Assembly (NCBI GenBank): GCA_951406725.2
Contig: OX597821.1
Span: 93,930,001-93,994,000, forward strand
Origin: Octopus vulgaris
Lineage: Eukaryota
Length of the DNA: 64,000 nucleotides
Direction: 5' to 3'
Shown: positions 11,962 through 26,035 of the stretch, in pieces
How positions within the stretch are numbered: the stretch's first letter is position 1
Layout of the letters: each line of letters begins with the position of its first letter
The notes under the pieces: model-generated
Told to the model about the DNA's origin: nothing
Databases searched by the model: none
Seen by the model: the letters and a program-made list of their open reading frames with translations, nothing else
Translations under genes and position numbers: made by a program

Positions 11962-12241
11962 TATATTATATACTTTTACAGTATGTTACTGATTTCATTT
12001 CTCAGCGTTTGAAATTATTCCCACTGTTTTGTTTTTCCTACTCTACTTTGTTGTTTGATTATATCTTTTCTCTGGATGTCTCAGTCAGTAGCTTTCCTCT
12101 TAATTTATGTTTTACTCTCTCTGTTTTTGCCTAGAATTGGTATGAAGTTTACGTTGGTAGTGTATTTATTTGCTTGAATTTTTAGTTATATATGTAATAT
12201 GTATGTCTGTACCTGTTGGTATGTGTGTGTGTGTATATATA

Positions 12242-12468
12242 CTCTCTCTTTACTCGCTTTACTTGTTTCAGTCGTTTGACTGCGGCCATGCTGGAGCACC
12301 GCCTTTAGTCGAGCAAATCAACCCCGGCACTTATTCTTTGTAAGCCCAGTACTTATTCTATCGGTCTCTTTTGCCGAACCGCTAAGTGACGGGGACGTAA
12401 ACACACCAGCATCGGTTGTCAAGCAATGCTAGGGAGACAAACACAGACACACAAACACAGACACACAA

Positions 12469-12521
<53 letters not shown>

Positions 12522-12686
12522 TACGACAGGCTTCTTTCAGTTTCCGTCTACCAAATCCACTCACAAGGCATTGATCGGTCCGGGGCTATAGGAGAAGACA
12601 CTTGCCCAAGATGCCACGCAGTGGGACTGAACCCAGAACCAGGTGGTTGGTTAGCAAGCTACTTACCACACAGCCACTCCTGCGCC
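12242..12686 (-). mobile_element. SINE family A (partial copy also at about 13828-14040)
   Basis: Full-length match to the other copies. Confidence 0.9.
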
Positions 12687-12732
12687 TATATATATATATG
12701 TGTGTGTGTGTGTGTATGTATGTATATGTATA

Positions 12733-13056
12733 AGACCCCCTTTGGTCATGAATGACCATGGGATTGCAGCTAGAAAGTTCTTCGACGAGGCACAATTCTG
12801 GGCAAGGCTGTTTATGGAAGACCAGTAGTCGCCCAGGCATACCAGCCTCCCCTCTCCATGCCACCAATGTAGTCTAAGGGAAAGGCAAAGGGGCCAATAC
12901 AGCTCGACACTGGTGACGTCGCAACTCATTTCTACAGCTGGCTGAACTGGAGCAGCGTAAAGTAAAGTGTCTTGCTCAAGAACGCAACACACAGCCCGAT
13001 CAGGGAATCAAACTCACTACCTCATGATTATGAGCCCAACATTCTAACCACTGAGC
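12733..13056 (-). mobile_element. tRNA-derived SINE family E
   Basis: Reverse complement of 41012-41330. Head gctcagtggttag...gagtttgattccc. Confidence 0.8.
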
Positions 13057-13098
13057 TGTATATATATATATATGGTGTTAAGTTGCTTCTGTGTGTAT

Positions 13099-13512
13099 GA
13101 TCATCATCATCATCATCATCATCATTTAGCGTCCGTTTTCCATGCTAGCATGGGTTGGACGGTTCAACTGGGGTCTGTGAAGCCAGAAGGCTGCACCAGG
13201 CTCCAATCTGACCTGGCAGTGTTTCTACGGCTGGATGCCCTTCCTAATGCCAACCACTCCGCGAGTGTAGTGGGTGCTTTTTACGTGCCACCCGCACAGG
13301 TGCCAGACGGAGCTGGCAAATGGCCACGAACGGATGGTGCTTTTACGTGCCACCGACACGGGGGCCAGGCGAGACTGGCAACAGACACGAACAGATGGTG
13401 CTTTTACGTGCCACCGGCACAGAGGCCAGTCAGGGCGGCGCTGGCAATGGCCACGATCGGATAGTTCGCTTACTTGTCACCGGCACTGGTAACACAGCCG
13501 CAATTTCCATTG
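13099..13512 (-). mobile_element. Family B retroelement 3' end (other - copies at about 2228-2423, 25441-25718, 37735-38112, 44325-44668)
   Basis: Begins (CAT)n cgttta.cgtccg on +. 5' truncation and VNTR unit number vary between copies. Confidence 0.85.
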
Positions 13513-15849
13513 ATATATAGTTAATTCACAGCCGCAATTTCCATGATATATAGTTAATTAATCTTTTGACTGTTTACTCTGGTTGACAAGTTACATTTGT
13601 CTACAGAAAAAGTCTCATTAATCACACAGAAACACCATAGTTTTTCAGTTAGCTATTGATTATCATAGAACTGTGATGACTATATCTACCAGCATTATGT
13701 TTATGAATGTGAAAGGGCTAACCTGGTGCCTTTACATGGATTCTTCTAAGTTGTTATTATTGCTGCAGAGATGGAATTTTAATAACCTAAATGAAACTCA
13801 ACAGCTTTAGATGAGTGCTTTTGAACTTACTCTTTTACTTGTTTCAGTCATTTGACTGCGGCCATGCTGGAGCACCGCCTTTAGTCGAGCAAATCGACCC
13901 CGGGACTTATTCTTTTGTAAGCCCAGTACTTATTCTATCGGTCTCTTTTGCCGAACCGCTAAGTTACAGGGACGTAAACACACCAGCATCGGTTGTCAAG
14001 CAATGCTAGGGGGACAAACACAGACACACAAACACACACGCATTTTTTTTTTTACTTACTAGTTTCAGCTCAGAGCTGCGGCCATGCTGATGCACCGCCG
14101 TTGTCATTGTTCTTGTTAGCAGAAGTAGAGGAATTGGCTAAAATCCTTTGTCGTATCTTTACATTCCTTTACATTTTGAGTCGAAATCCTCTTAGGTTAA
14201 CTTTGCCTTTTATCATTTCAGGCTTGATAAAATAAGTTCCAACCAAGTTTTGGAGTTGATTTAAGTGTCTGTTCACCTCCTCTTCTATAATTTGCGTCCC
14301 TTTTGCTTATGTTACAAATTATTAAATATTGTTTTCATTATTTTTATTTTTGTTTTATGTTAGAAATCATTCTAAATGTTGTGAAGTATTATTATTGTTA
14401 TTATTTGAAATGTGTCTAATACTTTCTTCTGTAGCTGGAGTAAGTCAAATACTCTTCGACTATTGTAAGTATCAATCCCCACCCCCCAGGAGCAGTTCTC
14501 CTGCAAAAGTGCACACTTGCAAAGCTACCAGATATATTGTGTTACACAAGCACCACCTGGACTTTCAGTTGCTAAGCATGAGAGATTGACAGAGTTGCTT
14601 TGCCATTCTTTTCTTTTCACCAACACTCTGACCACTACCACCACAACCACATCCACTGTCTCCAACACTTCATCACCAACACCACTACAAGTACAACCAT
14701 CGTTACTATCATTATAAGAACTTGGATAACAGATGAGTGGAATAGACAGAATGGTGGACTAATGCTTTGCGAGTATTTAGTTACATGTTTTTATTTTTTT
14801 TTTGTTCACGTCCCTTAAGGTTGACTTGGCCTTTCATCTTTCTTGGATTATTAAAATAAAGTACCAATCAAGTATTGAGTGCAATATAATTTTATAAGTG
14901 ACTGTTCCTCTGCAAAATTTTTGACTTTGTGCCTGTGAAAGAGGCATCATAATGAGAACCCAAATCTTCCTTTACTTTGAGTTTGACTGAAAAATGTGTC
15001 TGTATTGTGGGTTAACTAACTAGTTGTCACTGTTGACTAATATAATTTAAAAATGTGTAATAAACACAGTTTAGCATCCTTCACTATTTTTATTTTATAT
15101 GAAACCATTTAAGTTTGGGTGTAAATTAAGGGGTTTAGAATATTAAAATCCTTCTATCTGTGACTGTAATTAAAGCTGCATTTAAGCGTGATAAAGTGTT
15201 ATAAGTACTAGTCTGAGACTAAAAAGAGGGATCGACTGTGTAGACATGAAGTACATATCACTTACCATGATGACTGCATTATCAGTTATACAACAGTGTG
15301 TTTGTAATCAACAACTTTGGTTGTCTGGCACGCAGCAGATCACACGGTTCAATTCCTGGCAATGTGCCTATTACTTTCTTCTGCTTCAGATTAATGCTTA
15401 TAACATAAAAATATTATTTACATTGAAATCTTAGCAGTTGATTCATTATCAGCATTGAAATATGTTTTGTATTCTAATACTGTCTTGCAGACACAGGAGG
15501 TGTTTAGAGCTTGGTTTGGTAAAGGGTATCAGTGAATAAATTGCACTTGGCTTGAAAAATCTTCACCCTAACTAGATATCAAGTTAAAGACCATTGAAAT
15601 AGAAATTTTGTTACTGAAGCAGAAGTGTTGATAAATATTGAATTGCAAGAAATATCTAATAATACCTTACATTTACATGACATTATCACAGTCGTTATGT
15701 CTAATTACACGTGCAACCAACATATGGTGTTGTAAATTTTGTTTTCCTATTCTCCACAACATAAAAAAAAAATGAGGTAATTTGTGCCTCTGTGTGTGTG
15801 TGTGTATAATCTTGTATTTTCTCCTTCATTCTTATACACTTTGTTGTTC

Positions 15850-15889
<40 letters not shown>

Positions 15890-16059
15890 CCTTTAAGTTC
15901 ATTTACGGGAAATGTTTTTGAGTACGCACATAAAACCTCTTATGTTATTATATCAGCTACAGCCTAGTAAACCCAGCTTGCAACAAGTTTATGGGATTGT
16001 ACCAAACTGTACTGGTATAAATTCCATCTTTAGATTATTATCATTACTATTATTATCGC

Positions 16060-16093
<34 letters not shown>

Positions 16094-16491
16094 GGCACAA
16101 AATTGTAATGGTCTTTTGGGCATTGACTGATGAGGAATAAGCTATGAATTTTTTATCTGTTATGTTTTTGTAATATTTCCATTTGTTGTGTTTTGGTTAT
16201 ATTTTATATACATACACACACATACAAACATACATCAGTTCATCTTTTTCATTCTCTCAACTCCTGTGTGTGTATAGGTAGACAGCAGAATGATGTGGAT
16301 GTCTACATGTATAGATATCTTGTGTTCATCAGGGATAAAGATTGTGTGAATATTATTGACTAATTATAGATTTTCCTTCTGTATCATACGCACATGTTTG
16401 TTACAAAATATACTTTTTGCCAGTATTTCACAAAAGGGTTTAGAGACCAGTTTTAAATAAATCCTATTTTATATTTTAATTTTCAGTTTAA

Positions 16492-16712
16492 CCCTTTAGT
16501 GTTCAGAATACTCTGTTAAATGTAATACTTTTTCACTCAAATTATTTTGAATTAATCATGCATTATCTTATAGCTTTGAGGTTTCAATGATGTGATTGTT
16601 TATTTTCAGAATGGCATTGTAGGTTAGGAGTGAGAGGCTAGATATGGCCAGTTTGAATATAAAACATGTAGAATATATTGGGCTGGATTTGGCCGGTTTA
16701 AACACTAAAGGG
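16492..16712. mobile_element. piggyBac-like MITE family 2 (others at about 990-1207, 38346-38565, 51960-52100)
   Basis: TTAA|ccctttagtgtt...aacactaaaggg|TTAA. Confidence 0.88.
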
Positions 16713-17072
16713 TTAAACCCAGCATATATCACAATGGGGATTATATTTAATAATGTTGTGTGTGTGTGTGTTATGTTAGGGAAAATACTGAAAAACACCT
16801 TTCATTTAAGGTTTACCTCTGTTGATATGTCAATCTTTCTATCTATTTAACTAATATATATATCACTGTTTAACATCCGATTTCCATGCTGGCATGGGTT
16901 GGATGGTTTGACAATGAACTGTCCAGACTTCAGTTGTCTGTTGTGACATGGTTTCTATGGCTGGATGCCCTTCCTAATGCCAGCCATGTAATAGACTGTG
17001 CAGGGTGCCTTTTATGTGCCACTGCCACGGGTGCATTTATGCAGCACTGGCATGGGTACATTTACACAGCAC

Positions 17073-17286
17073 TGTCCAGAAATGTTGGAAACTCTCCCCA
17101 CAGTTGTATACCAATTTGAGCAGGCATATACATCCTCTCACCCCACCCATGCATGATCCAACAGAACATTCTGGATGTCACATCTGGAGGGAGAGAGGGC
17201 ACCATCGTCACCACAGCTGTTAGATATATATATATATAGCAATTGTGTGTGTGCGTATATATATATATATATATAAATAGCAATTA

Positions 17287-17322
<36 letters not shown>

Positions 17323-17329
17323 GCAATTA

Positions 17330-17377
<48 letters not shown>

Positions 17378-18002
17378 TTGAAGTCTAAATGCATGAACAT
17401 TTTAGTATTCAACAGAAGTTGAATATTTATGCGATATTATAACATAGACTTAATTTTCTATATAGTTTAATAAATAAGAAGGGAGCACTTCTGTGCCAAC
17501 CATAAGTTCTCTGAGAATAGTAAGATAGGTGTAGTTTAAAATTGGGATTACAGTTTTCTTTTTTTCTGTTTGTCAGGAAAAGAAAGGCAGTTACCCATGA
17601 CCTTTTGCCAGCTTTACGAGACTGATGAGATTGATGTGATTGATGTCTAGTCAATCAGTGTGGTTAATGTAGGTCAATGTTTGCATGGAAAGTGGGTGAA
17701 GGCAATGATGGGTTCTTGTCCCGATGCATGTAATAGAGTGAAGTCTGTTAAAAGCACCCAAGCAAACATCAGACAGTGCTGGTTATAAACCGATGTCTTA
17801 TCTTCTATTTCTCATTACAACATACTCGATAAAAAAAGGATATAATGATATAAGACTTTGTCCAGAAATGTTGGAAACTCTCCCCACAGTTGTATACCAA
17901 TTTGAGCAGGCATAAACATCCTCTCACCCCACCCATGCTTGATCCAACAGAACATTCTGGATGTCATATCTGGAGGGAGAGAGGGCACAATCGTCACCAC
18001 AG
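17073..18002. repeat. Direct repeat pair, 144 bp each (17073-17216 and 17859-18002)
   Basis: 4 mismatches seen, no indels. Confidence 0.92.
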
Positions 18003-21000
18003 TAATAGTTAGTGTGTTAACTTACCTTAAAGTTTAACCGTGACCAATGATGTAAGCTTTTTGTAACTGTTTAACTCAGCCTTATGGATTATTATTCTTC
18101 AGTATTAAGTCATCTCTGTCTTTTGCAAAGATTGCCCAATCAAAACTGAAGGTGGTTTGTCTAAAAATCTAAACACTGTGAATCTGTATGTAAAAGGAAG
18201 TGTAGCTGTGCCATTAGGAGATTCGCTTTTTGCCCGCATGGCCTTTAGGCTAATCCCGTTGTATGACATTTTGGGTAATTGTTATCTATTATGGCCTTGT
18301 GAAAGAAATTTTGTAGATGGACAATGTGTGAGACCCTAAAGCGTGTGTGTGTGTGCACGTGCACATGTTGCTTTTGCATGCATGTGTGTGTGCGTGCACA
18401 TGTTGCGTATATGTGCGTGTGTGCATGTGTACACACATCAAATTGCTTTGTAAGTCTAAAGTCTTCCTCGTAATAAAGAAAGCTCTGCTGTTTTTGTATT
18501 AAGTACTTTAATAGTGATTATGATATACAGTGTTGAATGTGTGTATGTAATGTTTGGGATAGATCAATGTAGTATTTTGTCTGTTGACTTTGCCATTATC
18601 TTAATGTGGTTGGAAAAAAGGATTTATCATTCTCATCATCATCATCATCGTCATCATCAATGTCATCATCAGTGTTATCAGCAGTAGTTTATACAATTTT
18701 ACACTACTAGATTTTAGTGAACTCACTCTCAAAGTGCCTAAGTCATTTGTTAGTGTGCTGCTTGCTTTGTGTTGTAATCATATAGCTAGCTGTTGAGAGA
18801 CACCCATCATCTGCCTCTTTACTATGATCATTAGTGTTTCTTTACTTTCTATAATGTCTCACAATGTCAAGTTATCACACATACACACTTCTTTTCTAAA
18901 AATATATGTATGTTTGGTTATGCAGGTGAGGTGTATACACGCACTTACACACACACACACCTATCTTTCCCTTCATTTATCCTTCCATCCACCCAGTAAT
19001 ATCCTCTTTTTGATGATCTAGTTTCATGGCCATTACTTGTTAGTACACACTATATCTGTTAATACACACACATATGTGTGTGTGTAGAAGTCAGTTGCAT
19101 GTGCATATATATAAATAAACACATGCTTGCAGTGGATCTCTGTACAGTTTTCCATTAAGTGAATAAAATTCACAACGCTTGTGTCAAACTATTTCCTCAA
19201 GGTGCCATGCAGTAGAATGGAACCTGGAGCCATGTGATTGGAAAGGGAACATTTTAACTAATCCATGCTCAAGATATACTGGCTGTGGCCATCCTAATTT
19301 GCACTCATACATAATACCTTTGAGACTACACTATCCAATATGTGCTCCCATTTTTTTAAGACATGATGTGATTTGAAGGATTTTTGGTTGCTATTTTTGC
19401 ATTTGTAGTGGGCTGTCAAAATCCTGAAAGTTGTCTCAGTAAATTGTTGAGCTAGAATTTATGATATCTAGCCTGGCTCCCATGGCACTTAAGATTTCAA
19501 AATTTCTGGGGGTTGGCTTCTCTTGTTTTATTATGTCCATGATTGAGAAAACTGAAGAAGGCCGGACAGTACCACATTACTTTGTAAAATCTATCCCCAT
19601 GTCGGCCAAATTGATGTGGTTACTGTTAGCTTGTGCATCTTGAGGTTAATGTTTGCAAGGAAAACTGTAGGTGGTGGAATGATTATGGAAGATTGCTGTC
19701 AAGGGGAAGGACTAGAAGAAAAGTACTTAGTGTGAGGAGGGGTGATACTCAGTAAGTGTGATGAGAGAATTAGAGACAGGTGGGCATGAGTGGAGAGGGA
19801 CTATGGAAGAAAATATATCACTTCAGTTAAACATTTTGTTAGTGTGCACTAATTTTTCTCTCTGAATATTGTAGTTTTTGCTATCTTTGTTATCTTTATT
19901 TATCTCTTTTTATTGTTTTTTTCTTTGTTTTTTGGCACTTCCAACATAAAACCAAAATCAATTTCCTACACTGCTGACCATCACACTCTTTGTTGGAAAT
20001 GTTTTCTACAAACTTTTATTGTTTTTTTTTTTTAACTGTCTTCTGTTTTGTTTATACAGTTGAGAGATAGTTATAGCCCAGCTTCTATACACTGATCTGT
20101 GAAACACACTTCTGAATCAAGATTTGACAAAAAAAAAAAAATACACAATTTATTAGATTTATATATTGTAAATATAAATTACCTGTTTGAATTGTTGCTT
20201 TTAATCTTTCATAATTCACATTTGGTTGTTCAACAAACAAATGTGTTTGTAACTGATAACACCACAGCATAAGGTTAAGCCATTAAGACAGCTAAGAGAT
20301 CACGGTTTATTGTCACCATTCGTATGCTGTTGTTATTGTTGGTTAGTCCTCAATTGATCAAAGGCATTTTAACCGTAACCATACTTTTTTTTTTTTTTTT
20401 TTACTTTTCTCAGAATTACTACCTACAAGTGCATTACTTAATGTGTCTTGTTTTTAAAGACAATATCCTGTGATTTGAGGGATATTTGACTGATATTTCT
20501 TGCAGATTGAGTAACGATGTAAAGGCCTTCTCATTACCTCAGTCAATACTATATTGTGGTTGTGATGAAGCTTATTAAATTTCAAATGACCCTGTCTACC
20601 TTGCTGAAAATACCATATTTTCTGGTATACAAATCATCATAGTATATAGTGTGAACTTGTAGGATAAACATTCAAACATCATTACTATCTTTCCACATCT
20701 AAATGTATTTCACAAGGAATTTTTAGAGTAAAGATTATTTGCCAACATAAGATGGTAGTCCTCTCGTTGAGAGATTTACAAATAGTAATTTTACTGTTTT
20801 AAGGAACTCTTAGTTCTCAGAGGTCATCTTGGTGTATAAGGTCAACCTGCCATTTTTGGCTATAAATTTTGGTCTCAATAATTTGACTTGTATGCAAGAA
20901 AATACAGTCAGTGCAACCAACTAATGTAATTAGCAGAAAAAAATTAATGACTATTTCATTAGATTTTAGTCCCGACTATTCTAGAAGTGGGTGGGTTTTA

Positions 21001-21754
21001 GCAGGGTAACTTACTCGAGATATGCTGTATAAATACAAAGTCTTCAATAGTTATCTCACAACCTGGTGCTTTACGAGACTTAATGCCACCCTGTGACATG
21101 ACATCGACCAGTCAGTTAGAAATAGCAGTCAAATCTCCCTCAAATCACACTTTATAATCTAAAAAAAAGTACAAAGATACATTAGTTAATAGTGACCCAG
21201 ATAACCTTAAAACGATGGGATGGTTATGCTCTTGATCATAAACCTGCCTGATAATTGTTAACATGGGCTAATTAGCAACAACAATAACCTGACATTGATA
21301 CCATTAAAACATTAATGTATAAACTATAATTAAAGCTACATGTCAATGATGCATAAACATTATAGTTGCTATTCAGTGTTGCTCTTAAGATGCAATAAGC
21401 AATCATTATTACCATTCATTATGACTATGCTGAGTGAGGGAAGAAGAGAGAGGGAGGTTTGCTTCCTTTTGTTTTGTCAGATATCCAGACTAGTGGTAGG
21501 AAGAAGATATCTATATTCCCTCTTGATTGTTTTTATTCTAGTTCCAGCCAATACCTCAAGTTGCTGGCTGAAAAGTTGAGTACCTGATAACACGTTAGTC
21601 TACATGGAGCAGTACATGGAACATGCCAAATTAATAAGAAGAAAGCACTGTTTCTATTTTAATTTAGCATCTGAGTTAATCCATTTTCCAAATTACAGCG
21701 ATGTGTAGTGCTATTATATTATCTGTGGCAAGCATAAAAAAAATGCCTCTTACA

Positions 21755-22060
21755 ATCTCTCTCTCTATCCACTCAGTCGAAGTCAACTCTCAGTCACTCA
21801 TTGGATCAGTGTCCTCCAGTCAGTTCTATCCTGGGCCGCTTCCTTCTGACTGGCCCTGTCCATTCCGGTATCATTCTTGATGGTGTCAAGCCAGCGGGTT
21901 CTTGGTCAGCCTGTTCTTCTCTTGCCACTGACCATTCCGAGCATGATGTCCTTCTCCAGGGATTCTCTCCGCATAATATGACGGAAATATGCCAATCTAC
22001 GCTTGGTGATCCCAGCTTCTAGCAACATTTTCGGCCTTATCTGCTTAAGAACTTCTCCAT
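21755..22060 (-). mobile_element. RTE-clade LINE 3' fragment
   Basis: Near-identical to 39900-40210; encodes YFRHIMRRESLEKDIMLG. Confidence 0.85.
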
Positions 22061-22279
22061 AGCCATTGATAGAATACAGCTTCAATGTCTGAATACAAAC
22101 TACTCTTGGCTGGTTGTCTGGTACTGTAGTAACACAGCCATTTACATCAGCCCCCCTAAATAATTACTAAACCATGCTGAAAATACTTAAGCGTAACAAA
22201 ATGGCTTTAAAGGATTATGTAAACCAGAAGCTGTTATTAGTCTTAACTCTATGTCTTCTCACTTTCTCATTTTCTGCAG

Positions 22280-22479
22280 ACAGAAGAAGTGCAGCACATG
22301 CTCCACCATACGAAAATTTCCGCAGACGTCCACGTGATGACTCCCAGGTACGCCGGGGCTCTCTTGACAGAGGGCGCACTGGCTATGAAAAGAGGCGCAG
22401 CTGGTCACCAGATGATTATGGTTCCAGTCTAGACACATTCTCCCCTGTTACTCTAACAGTGACAAGCTTCTTTAGACAA
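22280..22479 (+). CDS. DOCK7: DOCK7-like exon 8 (DRRSAAH...RRGSLDR...EKRRSWSPDD...FSPVTLTVTSFFRQ)
   Basis: Matches DOCK7 FRPATLTVTNFFKQ. cag/gtaagg, phase 1 to 0. Confidence 0.93.
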
Positions 22480-23109
22480 GTAAGGCTACATTCTTATTGT
22501 TGTGTTTGTATTATCTTTTGTTATTTAGTCAGGTCTATTCTGTGATCAGAGGTGTTTTACCTATGACCACTGTGGGGTTTTTTTTTCCAGACATTAGTGT
22601 ATCTAGGACTGCATTACCAACTGTGTATTTCCATTTTTAATCCATATACTATAGGAATCAGATATATCCACTCAAAATGTTGTTACCCTTAAATGCAGAA
22701 AGCAGGTTTATTTCCCAGTTTTATCTTTTGTTGAAGAATGTCATGTTTGAAACAATTTTCTATTGAGATATGCCAAGTTTATTGAGGCAACATGACTTGC
22801 AGACAGTGCCAACTCTATGTTTTGGTAGATATTTAACACAACTACTGGAATAACCGTGAAATTTAATTTTGCAATTAAAGGGTAATGCAGTAAAGTGTGA
22901 TTTGAAGGAGATTTGTGTGCTATTTCTAGCAGCTCAAGAGCCCCTTCTGTGACCTGGTTGTGTTTTGTTTCTCATTTAAGAAATAATAAACTTATTCATA
23001 TTAATTTCCTTCCTGTTGAGTGTCACTGAAACATTGCGGATGAAATATTCAATGTCTGCAGTACTCCCGGTAATATTGCCGTAGTTATTATTTTGCTATA
23101 CCCAACAGT

Positions 23110-23480
23110 ATTTCATTTCATTTCATTTGGGTTTGAGTCCATGCTCAGGTCAAGTCGAAGACTCCACCCTCAGAGTCTGGTGTGGTTGCCAGGTTGTATT
23201 CTCTGCTTAATTTTGACATGTGTAGGAGCGAGTTTGAGTCAGTTTGTGCTCGTTGTGTATATCCTGGGAGATGGGGTTCATCTCTAATGGTGCTTAAGTA
23301 TCTATCCAGTTGCAATTTGAATGATTCCACACTGCATCCTGATAGATTTCTGACATGTACCGGAATGGAGTTGAACAGTTGTGCTCCTCGAACCAACAGA
23401 CTTGTATTAAGTAAAAAGGGACATTCAAATAGGCCAGGTATTGAAACTTGGCTTGATGTATTTATTATACTGTGCAATTG
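23110..23480 (-). mobile_element. Non-LTR retrotransposon ORF2 3' fragment (CR1/L2-like)
   Basis: VRGAQLFNSIPVHVRN...VESFKLQLDRYL..I.DEP is a typical ORF2 C-terminus. (ATGAA)n-like tail. Confidence 0.7.
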
Positions 23481-23729
23481 TCCAACACAGATGACTAAAC
23501 CATATATATATATAAAGATATAGATAAAGAAATAATTTTATTCTCAAACACAGGATAATGCTAATAATATAGCATGAACAGGATAAACTATCCATATTTT
23601 GCAGAAAAATCTGTCAGAATAAAGCTATTTCCTTATCTGTATCTCTCAATACATCTCAGTGCTTCTAAAGCAAACTTTGTTTGTTGACTTTCAGTGTAAG
23701 TTGAAGTTAATATATACATATCTATATAT

Positions 23730-24290
23730 GTACATTCTCAATGTTGGCTGGACCTCAAAAATTCCAGATACACAGATCCTGAGGACAGCTGATATCTTGA
23801 GTATTGAGGCGATGGTACACAAGCACCGGTTGCGTTGGACTGGACACCTTATTAGAATGGAGGATAGAAGGATTCCTAAGCAGATGCTCTATGGAGAACT
23901 TGTGAATGGAAGGAAACTCCAGCAGAAACCAAGGCTGCGATTTAAGGACTGTGTCAAGTCCTCGTTAAAGGCTTTTGATATGCAGGACACTGACTGGGAG
24001 AACAATGCCTGTCATCACTACAGATGGAGGAAGCAGGTTAAGGAGGGGATCGACACTTTTGAGAGAGCACGTATCCAGCATGAAGAACTTAAGCGAGCTG
24101 CGCGAAAGCACACGGCTCGTATAGTGAATGGGGAAAGCTTGGTCTGCGATGTTTGCAGTTGTGTATGCTTGTCAAGAGCAGAGCTCATTAGCCACCAACG
24201 GAGCCGCAAATGCAAAATATAAGTTAGTCCTAGAGCGCACAATGTTCCTGAAGGTCGGCAATGGTCTTCCTCAGTCACGAGTGGACGGCC
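23730..24290 (+). mobile_element. RTE-clade LINE 3' fragment with a C-terminal C2H2-like finger
   Basis: RLRWTGHLIRMEDRRIPKQMLYGEL...RFKDCVK and CDVC...LISHQR. Confidence 0.88.
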
Positions 24291-24337
<47 letters not shown>

Positions 24338-24695
24338 ATACACAAACACATACACTTACGTATGTGTTTGTGTGTATGTGTATATGTGTATATGACTCCT
24401 AGCATCTTCACATTGATGCTATCTGGGCAGTGGTGCTGCTTGTTGATGTATTAATATGTTCTGCAGCTCAATGGTTTGTTTCCTTCTTCCTAGACCAAAA
24501 ATACAGCAGGCCAATAGGTTAGCCCAGTCATTTAATTAAGGTTAATTATTATTTCTGAGTAGCAAAACATGGAATTGAATCCAATTGCTACAACTCTAAT
24601 TACTTAGAATATGAATCCAAAGACAGAAAAACCAAAAAAAAATGTCATTGTTGATGTCACAATCATAATAACAATCTACTATTTTACTATTCTAG

Positions 24696-24789
24696 GAAGG
24701 AGATAAATTGAGTGATGACGATTTGTATAAATTTTTGGTGGACATGAAACGGCCTTCCTCAGTGTTGAAAAGACTCAAGAGCATCTCAG
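24696..24789 (+). CDS. DOCK7: DOCK7-like exon 9 ([31 protein letters not shown])
   Basis: EGD.LSD.DLYKFL.DM.RPSSVL motif. tag/gtaggt, phase 0 to 1. Confidence 0.97.
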
Positions 24790-25401
24790 GTAGGTTTTTG
24801 TCCAGTCACCTTTTCTCCACTGATTTCTGGTTTTACACTTCAATTGATATTTGACATTAGTATCTCATTTACACTGTGTTTAGTTTCAGTTAGATGTTTC
24901 TAGGTAAAATTTCTATTAGAAAGTGACTTATGAATATCTCTGCTTTCATTGTACCTCCCTTTAGGTCATACACATATGTATATATTCATGTTTGATTGTT
25001 ATATTAGATCTTGTTAAAGTGTCTTGCAGGAATATTACTGTTTTTCTAAATGACGTAGGTGCTACAAACAGTTTTTATTGTTTTGATTAGGGTGCTGGTG
25101 CCATGTGTAAACCACCTGTACCGGTGCCACATAAACACACCCATTGCTACTTTGTAAAGCAGTTAGCATTAAGAAGGGCATCCAGCCATAGAAACCATGC
25201 CAAAACAGACATGGAGCTTGGGCAGCTCTTCAGCTGGCCAGCTCCGGTCAAACCGTCCAACCCATGCCAGCATGGGAAACAGACGTTAAATGATGATGAT
25301 TAGATAACTGTTTATGTATATATATTTATAAATATAAATGTATTGATTGCTGTTCCTTTCAATTGTAAATATAAATATATATATATATATATGTATATAT
25401 A

Positions 25402-25444
<43 letters not shown>

Positions 25445-25863
25445 TCATCATCATCATCATCGTTTAACGTCCGCTTTCCATGCTAGCATGGGTTGGACGG
25501 TTCAAACTGGGGTCTGGGAAGCCAGAAGGCTGCACCAGGCCAGTCACATCTGGCAGTGTTTCTACAGCTGGACGCCCTTCCTAACGCCAACCACTCCGTG
25601 AGTGTAGTGGGTGTTTTTTATGTGCCACCGACACAGGTGCCAGACGAGGCTGGTGAACGGCCACGCTCGGATGGTGTTTTTTATGTGCCACGGACACAGG
25701 TGCCAGACAAGGCTGGCGATATATATACATAATACACACACACACATTCTCATACACAGATGAAAGAAAGATAGCTCTCATTGTCTATACATCTATCTTA
25801 CTCTCCCTTGCTTTCTCTCTCTCTATATATATATATCTTTCAACCTGATTCTTCATATTTCAG

Positions 25864-26035
25864 GTACACTTAAATTTGACGCTTTACCATGTCCCGAAGA
25901 AGTTCCCTATTCCCGAACCCCTGAACTGTATAAAATTTACCCTTTCCCCGAAGACAAATTAAAAGAGATTTGGGAAACAAAAGAGGTCCAAGAGTTTCCT
26001 TCTAAGGAGGTTTATGTACCATACACATCTTACAG
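25864..26035 (+). CDS. DOCK7: DOCK7-like exon 10 (GTLKFDALPCPEEVPYSRTPELYK...EFPSKEVYVPYTSYR)
   Basis: TPEL and EFP..EVYVP.T.YR motifs. cag/gtaagt, phase 1 to 2. Confidence 0.95.

Noticed and set aside
12135-12139. tag|AATTG|gtatga microexon-like site after a long pyrimidine tract
   Set aside because: 5 nt would shift the frame; no other support.
16127-16160. CTGATGA on the + strand near a (TA)n tract
   Set aside because: No helix II or GAAA partner, so no hammerhead can be drawn.
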